Source: Mytilus trossulus (lineage: Eukaryota). Taken from it: a DNA stretch of 64,000 bases. The position numbers were made by a program, and so were the translations under genes. The stretch's first letter is position 1. Each line of letters opens with the position of its first letter. The notes below the pieces were generated by a model that ran no database searches, had not been told where the DNA came from, and saw only the letters and a list, made by a program, of their open reading frames with translations. Shown here piece after piece: positions 38,901-50,500 of the stretch. Location of the stretch: assembly GCF_036588685.1 (NCBI RefSeq), contig NC_086375.1:71734001-71798000 (forward strand), written 5' to 3'.

Positions 38901-41587
38901 CCCTGAAATGACAATGTAAAACAATTCAAACGCGAAAACTAACGGGCTTATTTGTGTAAAAAGTTCGTTTGGGTATTCTGTACCACTAGGTTGCTGTCTC
39001 ATTCCCATTTACTACACAACTTCTACTTTTCGTATCGAAAACCATTTTGTGGCATACTAACGTAAAAGCTATGTAGAACATAACATGATACTTACGCTTT
39101 TAATGTGCCCGTTCTTATCCCTTTCTGTAACTTTACACACTTTTGGGCTGTATGGTCTGTGATTTATTATTATTTCAATTTGTCCTACCTCCTCAACGTC
39201 TCGATCATCATCACCAAGTTTACCTGTACTTCTTCCACTATGTGGTAATAACATGAAGAGACAGAGAGGCATATGCCCAGGGTTGTCATTAAACCAGTCA
39301 GACTTTTTTATTCCTTGTGCAAGCTCTAGAAGTACAAGTATTAATGACAATGTACAATATATATACAAAGATCAGCAAACGTTCGTCACGCTGTGTTATT
39401 GTCCCTAGTGGAACGCATTGCGGGGAACACGGATAAACTGTTTGTCCGTCCGTCTTGTCTTGTAAGCTCTCTCATGTGCCTGATGTTCATGAAACTTAAA
39501 ACATAGGTTTTAATCAATGATGTATCTGGCAAACTCGAAAATCAGTACTGACTCACTATTTTTAAAAGAGTTATAATACCCCTTGTAAACATTTACTATA
39601 TACTGTAAACATTTCATTGTTTATAGCGCTCTCATGTCATGAATCGAATTCTTTTCATAGATTTATGAAACTTGTTTCATAAGTCTCGTTTGTACAATTC
39701 TTTTCGAATTTTTATGAAACGTATAACATAGGTTTGTGTCAGCAATGTTTCGGACAAATTCGAAAATCAGTGCTGATCAATACAAGAGTTTACCCTACGC
39801 CATCTTGAAATGTCAAGTATATGGAAAATTGCATTATTAGCGCCATTGTTTAAAGATAGGTATATAGACACACTTTTTTTTTTAATTTCCATTCGTAAGA
39901 TGAATTACAAAAACAGAAAGTGCTGCTTCTATTTAACCTAGTAGAACATTTCTCCGTATGTCAAAAGTTGACTCTCTGGGGTATTTATAGATAACGTGAG
40001 CGGCATAACTAGTCAAATCATGATAAAAATACGTCTCCCTAAAATTGCAAAACGTAGCAGCTAGTCAAAGTTGCTTTAAATAAATATAAGACAGTCAGTA
40101 ATAACTGTTCTTTCCTATATAAAGATATTTAAGTGTTTCTATCAAAAGATTTACGACAAAGGGGATGCTGGTTTGTCCCTTAATATCAATTTATCTTTCT
40201 TGGACGGTGATGTTCGTCTTGGATTCATAGCACCATTAGTTTAATACAATGCATCACCGTCAGTAAGTCAGGGATGTCATTAACATAAGTATTTAAAACA
40301 TAGTTCACTCAATTCTTTTATACATACAATTTGGTTTGGAAGCTGACTGTTACTGTAAACACCTGCCTATCGTTACGGTAATGTTGTTTATAGATCAATT
40401 TAACTCCGAGTCTGTACCCATACGATTAAAGTTGAAACAAAATCTTTAAATGTCGGAGTCTTGTATGATCTTGTATATTGAAGATACGGGGAAAAAATTG
40501 TGCACTAAAATTCTATTTGGTTATACATGCTATGGAAACTCAAACGTGATGAACATTTATTTCTAATAATGATACCTTAAGCTATATATTTATACCTGGG
40601 AGAACAAGCTCAAGGTACCCTGTGAAATGTGACCATGCCATTCCAGCGGCTAAATTACCAGCAGGCAACACAGAGTCAATGGTGACATCAGCTACAAAGG
40701 TTAAAGAGATTCACATATAAAATACGGAAATTAAAATTAATAAAACGAGTACTCCGATTTAATCAATATGGTTTATTGAGAATAAAGATATATATAAGGT
40801 TGTACACTTTAGAAACTATTTTCATTTGGTTTTTCTTTCTTAAAGGTACAAATACTTACAAACAACATCCTTATGAAATCAGGATTAGTTAACTGTACTA
40901 TAAATTGTCTTTGAAAAAAAAGTAATAAGTGACTGGGTTGAAGGAAGTTCAGAGCGCAATCCAATTAACATGTATCTGTTTCCAGTTCATTTCAAATGGC
41001 AGCCTACACTAATTGAACATAATTTTAATATGCGCACGTATACACTTTTGACAAAGTTAAAAAAAATAAAATGTCTTTCATTTGGACATTATTGGGTTGT
41101 TAAATCTAAAGTACTAACCACGAATCATTTCAATAACATTCATGATACATTTCTCATGTAAATTTCTTTCGAGGATCACATGACTGGCCAACTGTAGCAT
41201 GGGTAACTTTGGAATATTCTCTTCACCAAGGCCGTCTTTCAAAAGAATGATTAGTCGGAGCTTATTGGTCTGCAAACTTTTCTCCAATGCTAATAGTGTT
41301 TCCAGCGAAAAAGAGAAATTTTCTATGCTCTCTTTAGAAAGAATTAATAACATTTTCTTACTCGCTGAAATAGCTTGATCAATTGCCTGGTACGTTCTAA
41401 ATCCGGGCATGATGTGTTCCTCTGGAGAAACATAGGCCACTTTATTGTTTTGAAAAATGGTAAAAATGTATTTAGATATTTCGTACTCATCGTCATTGTT
41501 ATACATTACAAAGACATCAGCATTTTCTACGGCTTTCAACCACGGATCTTCATCGTCCTTTACATTAGGGTCTCTACCGGTCGCCAT
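29946..41587 (-). CDS. STING: Tandem TIR-STING-TIR-STING protein (soluble STING/TMEM173 homologue), 722 aa. Coding exons: 41587-41119, 40691-40596, 39325-39096, 37605-37413, 36688-36600, 35638-35212, 33642-33544, 33314-33073, 32423-32216, 30061-29946
   Basis: All nine introns are GT-AG and join in frame (2169 nt, ATG to TAA). Exons 1 and 6 encode TIR folds (DVFVMY...SKKMLLILSKES; EVCLLY...RWVILFITES). Exons 2 and 7 encode the STING dimerisation helix (GNLAAGMAWSHFTGYLELVLP; GNVAYGLAWGFFVNYLKHVLP; cf. human [20 protein letters not shown]). Exons 4 and 9 carry the EYATP-region equivalents (AQYPGAFCAL; AEYLTPVKTL). An acceptor just upstream of the ATG (exon starts 41596) implies a 5'UTR exon. 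Confidence 0.93.
31511..32204. mobile_element. Kolobok-like MITE in TIR-STING intron 9
   Basis: TTAA-AGGGACACTAGCT...AGCTAGTGCCTCT-TAA. Related copies at about 1217-2160 and 26983-27490. Confidence 0.7.
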
Positions 41588-41987
41588 TTTAGGAAACTAA
41601 AACATATAATTAAAAATTATGTTTCTCACATTTTATCATCAAAATATTTTTATTAATCTTCAATTCAAAAACCATACTTTCAAAAAAAACTTTATTTTGT
41701 TAAGCAGTGTGCATACCATACAGTGAAAAAATGTGTAAAGAAAAGGAAAATTACACTTATTTTGTTTATTTAAGAAACAGACAATGTTTCCATTTAGTGT
41801 TTCTTTGTAGATGTATTCTTATTTACTATGGTGTTCAACAAACTTAATTTTAATCAAAGTAAATGTGTTTGAACCGACTTCCAAACAATTGAAGATTCTG
41901 TAAGAAGGAGTGCCTCAATTTTACTCATGAATGCTGAACAACAAATCCGTAAACATGAAATAACACGTTTTGTTTTATTTCTCTGAA

Positions 41988-42569
41988 AGGAGTAGGTCCG
42001 GTAAGGACTCATTTTGGCCTCAAATTTCAGTTTCATCTGAAGAAAGATTTTGACCACTTTTTAAACACTAAAGTGTCTATTTATCTTGATTCAATTAGTT
42101 TTTGTGAAAGTTTTTAAACTAATTTAGTCATTAAAAACGATCCGATTCAAGCTCAAATATGAAAAATCTCTCAAATATGCCAAAAAACGTCACTTTTCGG
42201 GATGGTTTTTGTCAAAAATGAAAGTGGCCGCATCCGTGTTCATCCACAATCTTTATATATGTTATGTATTATCATAAAATACAACTTACATTTCAATATT
42301 AAAGATGAACACGAATGCGGCCACTTTCGTTTTACACGGAAACCGTCTAAAATTCAACTAAAATGATATAATTTTGAAGATTTCGGCAATTTCGCACGAC
42401 TTTATGGTGCTACAACCCGATATATGTGCATTGTATTGTTAAAAAACGACCATATTTATGTAGCAGAAGCATTTAACTGTCCAATAAATAACTAAAAGTT
42501 TATATTTTAACAATTTTGTAAAACTGTTATATTTTGGGGCCAAAAAGGGGTCTTACCGGACCTACTCCT
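41988..42569. mobile_element. MITE upstream of the TIR-STING start codon
   Basis: TIR AGGAGTAGGTCCGGTAAG / CTTACCGGACCTACTCCT with internal inverted AAAGTGGCCGCAT.CGTGTTCATC repeats. Confidence 0.75.
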
Positions 42570-43257
42570 TTGACAATAGCTTATGCTTCTTATGCACTCG
42601 TTTGGTATGAAATGGATGGCAATGACATATATTAAGTTGATATTTTTAAAGGAGCCTTTTTGTAGACGTTTCCGTTACTTTTCCCCTGTTCATAAAGTAT
42701 CATCGATCGGTATTGTGACAGTTTCCAACCCTTGCTAATGTTACATGCTTTAAATGTTTTCAGGATGGTTTTTGATTAGATCGTTGTGTATATAGCCAGT
42801 TGGAATCCTTGACCTCTAGTTAACTTTAAGATCCTCTTTAATGAACATTCTGAATATTATACTTAGAGATGTGTTGCTTCAACAGACTGTTAAATCGTCA
42901 TATATATCTTCCGTCATACTGGTCATTATTCAGCAGTCTCACTACCATGAAACAATTGTTACTTTAAACAAATGACGTTCAATTCATATTTGAAATCATA
43001 ATGGATTTATATAAGAATATTCCAAGATACAATGTCATGAACGTATAATTCTTCAAATATACTACGGCTACAAGTTTTAAACTCAGTCTGAAAAGTTGTT
43101 GGCCTTTTTTTTTAAACACAATGAAAACCTGAACGTATTGTACAGGACACCTTGTATGGACACACTATAAACCAACATACTATACGTCAAAAGACTAAAC
43201 ACTAACATACGCTGAATGATTGTTTAACATACTCATTTTCAATGATTGAGTCTACAA

Positions 43258-43460
43258 ACTTACCCTCAAATAATGGCACATTTTTCATAGAAAATGTCAA
43301 TACAATTATAAGTAACGCAAAGAAGGAAAAGGTTCTTGATAAAACCTAAGTTTTACAGGACATATTTCTATGTTATTTCAAAATTGGTTTAAGTACAAAT
43401 GTATTAGTAGTTTGTAGGGAAATACATTTACAATCAAATAATGAAACAGAAACAGGAAAC
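43258..43460 (-). promoter_or_regulatory. Putative 5'UTR exon donor and ISRE/IRF-like promoter element of the TIR-STING gene
   Basis: GAGG|GTAAGT donor at 43264/43263. GAAACAGAAACAGGAAAC at 43443-43460 fits GAAANNGAAA. Partial kB-like GGGAAATACA at 43417-43426. Confidence 0.45.
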
Positions 43461-43944
43461 ATTTTTAGCGAGAAGACTTGAATTTTTAATATCAAATGAC
43501 ATTATGAATAACTATTGATAAAAAATCAATCTGAGATATATAATTATATATACAGAATTGTTACAGGCACTGAAGTGTATCAGTTAATTAGGCAGCAGCT
43601 CGGCAAGAAAATAAACGACCAAACCCGTTAATTAATCATCTACTTATGGGTTTAAAATCGCCCTAATGACGTGGTGTGGCAAAATAATGTGATTGCTGAC
43701 CAGAATAAAGACCTTCAGTGTTTTGTTCATAAAAAGTTCTTTTTCTCGTTTTTATTGTTCATTTTTGAAGGCCTTAAATTACGGTGCCCTAGAGCTGCAA
43801 CTTCTAGGTCAATTAGTCTGTGGTAGAGAGTCGCATTGTTATTTTCTGATTTTTATCTTATACAATTTACATTTTTGATCATGCACCTGATATTGACTAA
43901 GAATAATAACTTGTAATGGTGTGGATTGAAATATAGAGAATTTT

Positions 43945-44095
43945 GTTTAGGGGCGGATTCCGACATTTTAAAAAGGGGTTTTGTGTGTGTGGGGAGGGGG
44001 GAGGGGTTGGTTCCAACCTATGTCCCCATTAAAATGCATTAATCGTCCCAAAAAGGGTCTTAACCCCGGACCCCCACCTGTGTCCGCCACTGTTG
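43945..44095. mobile_element. Short GGCGGAT...TCCGCC MITE; second copy about 58728-58863
   Basis: Shared internal CTATGTCCCCATT.AAATGCATT and CCCCGGACCCCC; inverted termini. Confidence 0.55.
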
Positions 44096-45768
44096 TTTAC
44101 ACACTTATCAATCAATTGTTATAAATCAATTCATAGTCGGTGATGTAACATAACCTAAGTAAGAATTGAGTAATAACGAAAATACTCTTCTATAAATTTC
44201 TTCATATATTTTACATGATATATACCACGTTGGACTATACATGTTGGTGGTAATTGAAAAGATGTAAATATAACAGAAATAATTATTTATTCATTTGCGA
44301 AAACATAATCTCATAACTTACTAGATATAATTGCATGTAAACAAATTACTTACTGCGAAATAAAATGGTTTCGTTTCTTCCTGCTATCTATTCAATCTGG
44401 GAAAATCACCAATCAACAAAGTGAAAATAAGGCTTTCTGTGCACCTACTTTCTACTTCGTATTAACACTGTATGTACATTTCATACTAAATATGAAATAG
44501 TAAATAATATAAAAGATATAGTTTTATCAGTTATAATAACAATTAGACAGCAATATAAATAAATTCAAATATAGCTTGTGGAATTTACTGAACTATTTTT
44601 ATCACATATCCTGTGATTTATAAAAATCTATATATAGATAAAGTTTCAAATTATATTAATAAGTTTTAGCACTAAACACGACCACAAAGCTATTATAAAC
44701 AAAAGCAGCTAAATAAAGATTGTAAACAAGTGTTTACTCAATGTTACATTATGTGAAACAATTAAAAACTTATTTGCATTATAGGTACTTTAAAATCTAA
44801 TCCGTTATTTGTTGTTTTATTCTGAATAAATTCAATTATTTCGCTTTTTATCTGTGCAAGTGATTTTAAATAAGTCCCTGATTTTGGATAGGTATTTTAT
44901 AAAATCCAGGAAAAGCACATTTACTTATCTATAATTGATAACCTTCAAAAAAGGTGAAAACAAACGCAAAAAGTATATGATTGAAACAAATACCTACATA
45001 ACCAACCAGGCATGCTGAAAATCCCTAATTTGAAAAATAGATACATTGTAACATATACATGACTACAAAATATACAAACAACTGACAAGTTAAAAATGTA
45101 TATGACATTATAGATTTAAGAAGATGTGGTATGGGTGCCAATGAGAAAACTCTCTCATCCAAGTCACAATTTGTAAAAGTAATTTACCATTATAGATCAT
45201 TATAGATCAAAGTATGTAGTCCTCAACACGGAGTCTTGACTCTGACACACAAAACAACAAGCTATAATTTGCCTCAAAAATTACATGCGTACTGTGAAAC
45301 TATTCAAACGGGAAAACCAACGGTCCAATCTATATAAAAACCGAGACACGAGATACACTTATAAACCACTTCAACAAACGACAATTACTGAACATCAGAT
45401 TCAAGTTACTGATTACGAAAAAGTTCAATTTGGGGTCCTCATCCTAATCCGTGTTTTTAATAGTTTTGTGGATTCAAAAACAAATTACAAGATTTGGAAG
45501 AGATTAAACAAAGCTTTTATGTTCAGTGTTAATTTGCAGGATAAAACAATATTCATACAGTGTAGAAAAATCATTCATGCAACAATTATTGTGAAGAAGG
45601 TGAAAAATTAATTAATTCTTTTTTTTTTCTTTAATAAGTAGTGTTCATTTTCTATCCAATATCATTTTAGTGCGATATGTTAGGGAAAGATGAAGGACTA
45701 AGAAAGGGAACCAATGAAAGCTTGCAAGATACAGCGCTTGTTGTCTCATAAATGGTTTCGATATCACC

Positions 45769-46181
45769 TGTAAATAGTTATCAAAGGTACCAGGATTATA
45801 ATTTAGTACGCAAGACGCGCGTTTCGTCTCCATAAGACTCATCAGTGACGCTCATATCAAAATACTTATAAAGCCAAACAATTACAAAGTTGAAGAGCAT
45901 TAATTGAGTATCCAAAATTCCAAAACGTTGTGCCAAATTCGGCTTAGGTAATCTATGCCTGGGATAAGAAAATCCTTAGTTTTTAGAAAAAATCATAGTT
46001 TTGTAAACAGGAAATTTATAAAAATGATCACAATATTGATATTCATGTTACCAAACACCGAAGTGTTGACTACTGGGCTGGTGATACCCTCGGGGACGAA
46101 ATGTCCACCAGCAGTGGCATCGACCCAGTGGTGTTAATATTTATCAAAGGTACCAGGATTACAATTTAGTACGCCAGGCGC
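45769..46181 (-). mobile_element. Retrozyme-like unit (363-nt period) with hammerhead ribozyme at 45808-45851
   Basis: TCAAAGGTACCAGGATTA recurs at 45781 and 46144. The minus strand reads GCGTCA-CTGATGA-GTC-ttatgga-GAC-GAAA-CGCGCGTC-TTGCGT. Confidence 0.75.
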
Positions 46182-47580
46182 TGTAAATGTTGATTTGGTC
46201 ATGTTGACATTGCTATTCATAATTAAAATTTCGATATTCGTAAAAAGTGTTTAAAATACGACAATGTTTAATTCTAATTGCTGTAATTCCTTTAAAAGTG
46301 GTGAAGATGAGAGTGCCCCTACCAGTTGGACATTTGATAAATTGGACACATAGCATATATGTTTAGAATATTTGCAATTTAACATGGTTGTGATGCTTTC
46401 AAGAGTAATTATGAATAAAATGTGTGTTTTCAGCAGCTTATCACCTTCACTGATGCTCCTATGGATGCAAAGATTTAAATCGGTATGTAAAAATGACATT
46501 AATTGTTGTTAGGCATATGCATATATAGTGCAGTAATATTGATACTGTTAGTGTTACAAGACCTGTTAATCATTAACTTTATAAGTATCTTAACCTCGAT
46601 CAATTTTATAAACTTATCGATCATACTCTAGAAACAAGTTTGTATAAACTACTTTGAGACTATTAGTAATGAACTTAAGCTCCAATGGCTTCTATAAAAG
46701 AGAAATAATTGTGATTGGAATTTATAGTTGGATGCCATATCCCGTTACGCGATAAACGGCTTCTAAATGGAATTTATAATGAATAACAAGAACTGTTTCA
46801 ATGCCTTAATTTTAGAAATATAAAATAAAGTGATAGATTGAAGAATTTGTAAATGGAGAATTGCAATTTAGATTTGTCTTTATTTTAATTAATTCCTAGT
46901 CATTATTTGATTTAAATACGAAGCATTCAGATAAAAGTAACAATTTAAATTTGAGTTTATGCAACAATGTATAAACTTCATACAGTATGCATACTGCATT
47001 AGCTTTTACAGGATAGAATTACAAATCTGGAAAAGCCCACTGATGATCCTATACTGTTATACCATGTGTTATTGGGGTTAGTTCGTCATTAAGAATTAGT
47101 CAAAACTTTAATTGAGTTAAGTAAGTAGTATTGACTATTTTTTTTGTAGTATTTCACATCTTTAAAGTAGTCCTACTGGCTGAGGCTCCCTTAAGATATG
47201 GAGTCTTGTTAACCACATAATATATTGTTCACTATGAGTATAGCACTGTTAAGTTCGATTTTTTTCTGTATTTATCGTCTTGTTTCCTTTTCTTTAATAT
47301 GAATATTGCAGAAAAAGACAAAAATTGATGTTCATAAGATGCACACCTTATTTAACTATAAGCATATAGAATAGATTATAACGAATATGAAAACTATCTA
47401 ACTGTCTATCAATATAGATAAACCATCCTCATCCTAAAGTGATGCTTTATTTGATGAAATCATAATCAATAAATGTTTGACTACCTTTGAACTGAAAGAC
47501 CAATAAAATGTTGGCATCATTTAGTGATAGGAGGCCGAAGTCGATACTATATTAATATATTTTTTCTTGGACTTTAAATA

Positions 47581-50500
47581 ATGACGGATCGACACGTTCT
47601 CCCTGGTCAACACTGGTACGAAGGTGTTTTATTTTTTGGATACAGTCCACCAGACATTCTTGATGCTGTAAAACATTTTGAAGTTCGTGACGACGATGTT
47701 TTTATTGTAACTTATCCAAAAGCAGGTAAGACATTGATTTACAACTTATTTTTATTGCCTTGCATACACACAGTCAATAGTTAAAATACATCTTTTCTAC
47801 TACAAACTATCCTGATATTTCCAGGGTTGTTAACTAATTCTGCCTGAAAATCTTTGTAAGACAAAAACTGCACTCAACTGACGTTGAACATTAAAGCAAC
47901 CACAAGAAAGTTTGAAATTGCCGCTAAATATTATTAAATATAGCATATAAACGCATTTAATAAGACAACATGAATATGAAGTTAGAGCGTTGCTGTTTAC
48001 GAGTGAACCTTAAACCAAGGGTATTAATGTGACACTGGCTATATTGAAAATTAGGTTGAAAATATGGTTTATTAATAACTTTTAATTGACTTTCAACTCA
48101 TGTAAAAGGTTTGGTTGTGGGTACTCTTTATGAGGAAAACAGTTAATCGGAAAGTGTATGAGGCACCGATGACTGCGCATACTCTCATATCGATATCTTT
48201 TGTTTCTGTCTTTGTGTTAGGATTTTGTGTGTGCTTGTTTCGCATCTGATGATTCAAACATTTAATAACTGATTTTTAAATTTATTTTATCATGTTTATG
48301 TTGTGCTGTTGTTACACCATTTTTCATAACATATTTTTGTGTAAACGTCACAAGCTATGAGCCTTTAATTCCGTGATGGTCGTTGGTTGCCGTCTGCATT
48401 AATTCATTACGGGGTCTTTTATCATACGGAGTGGGTCTTACTCATTGCTGAAGGCCGAATGGTGCACTTTGATTGTTTATTTTTTTATCTAATGGATAAT
48501 TGTATCATTGGCAATCACAACACTCTCCTTATTCTTATTTTCCGTTCCCTTAAAGCTTACTGGATAACATCATGATTTAAAATAATTGGCAGCTATGGAA
48601 TATGTCAGAATATACGGCCACTAATAATTCAAATTGGCACAGTCACAATCATATCATGCATTCATCAACTACTGCGTCTTATCACTTACCGGCTGATGTT
48701 TACTTGTCACGAATTGCATATCTTTTAGAAGCACTTGAGATAAACCAAATTTTTGGTGGATTTTCGTAGGTTAGTTTAAGAGTTTTTTTGACTAGTGCCT
48801 ATCTATTTGTGTTTTTTTTTACCGTTAGTGTTATTCCTTGTCCTTTTGCTTATGGTTTTATAAGTTGGTATATTCTTAGCTTGTGTAACGTCTTTCTATA
48901 GCAGTTGTGAAATAGATCCCTTCCGACTTTGGTGAGGTTCGTGTATTCTACTTGTTGTTACTCAGTCTATTGTCTTTTGGTATTTTTTGTTTTGTTTTGC
49001 CATATGAGTTTGAATGTCATTTTGGAATCGTTTTGCTCTCTTTTAAACTGTTTTGATTATTATCGTATTTCAATATTTATTGTTCGTCTGAAAGGTACAA
49101 CATGGATGCAAGAAATAGTATGGTTAATTCTCAGTGATGGGGACTTTGAAAGAGCGTCGAAACAACAGGTTTACTTCCGGTCTCCTTTCTTAGAATTCAA
49201 AGATGATATTTTGAATGAAGTTGGACTAGATTTGGCGAATCCCATGCCATCGCCAAGAGTTATTAAAACGCATCTTCCAGTAAAACTTGCACCTACCCAA
49301 CTATGTCAAAAAGAATGTAAGGTGAGAATATATTAAAATACTCTTTGATAATGAACATTTGCAGAATTAAAAGGACAAATACTATAGCTAACAGTTATCT
49401 ATACTATCTATTGGTTTTCTACACATAGATGTACTAACTTGTTAACACTAAACAGCAAAGTATAACTTAGTGAACCAAAATCATGTTACAAGAGCGTTCG
49501 CATTTGTCGACATAAAATGTGTTTTATGTTTTGTTATTTCTATTTTTTGTCCCATCAGTTATTTGATAAGGACAAATTGAAAGTGTTAACGTTTGTTTAT
49601 TATGATTATTTTTTGTGTATTGTAGCTTTAAAAAATCACAACGAGAAATTTTGGTTATTCAATTCAAAGTATGTAAAGAAAAATTTAGGAATAATAAGAA
49701 CTTAAAAATTTATTGACCCATGCGAATTTCATATAATAGATATTTGCTTGGATTCTAGTAAAAAAGTATGAAAATTTTCATAACAAGTTATATATGTTTT
49801 TCAGGTGGTAGTTATGTTTCGGAATCCAAAAGATCTCTGTGTCTCATACTATCATTTCTACAGATCAAGCTCTTCTTTCGGAAATTTTAAGGGCACATGG
49901 ACCGAATTCGTAGACATGTTTAAAGATGGGCATGGTAAGAGGTTTTCTTTCAATAACTATGTTTTGATGTATCATTGCCAGTATGTTTTTTTAAACAATC
50001 TTAGATGTATACTTTGATGAACCAATCCAAGAGACAAGGTAAGCTGTTTTCAATGCTTTGGTCAAGTATGACAACTCGTGCGATATATAAAAAAAACGCC
50101 TTGCAAAAACCGTTTTAACTAATTCGCAGTATTCATTTGATTATTTGTTGTGTCAACATACTTACTAGATATCATTTTTTTCATACACAACATTTTGTCA
50201 AGATTCAGTTCAAATCCAAAAAATTAAGTGTGAAACATCCTTTTGATTGAGAGTTATGGATTTTTTGTGTATCCATATGCTTATTCATTGTAATCAGTTA
50301 GATGGAGTACAGTGTATTATTTATACATATGCATAAGAAAAAAATGTGAAGACAACACTTTGCAACGTTCATGCGTCTGAAGCGTCTTCATCTGGAACGC
50401 CCAAGCAGCCATATATTTGAAAGCAAAGCCCATATAAGAACTTGAACCGTTGAGGAGCTATATGCTATTACAGGACCTACAATAATTAAAAAGTTGTGAT

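Noticed and set aside
43667-43674. TGACGTGG (UPRE/CRE-like) upstream of TIR-STING
   Set aside because: A single 8-mer with no supporting context.
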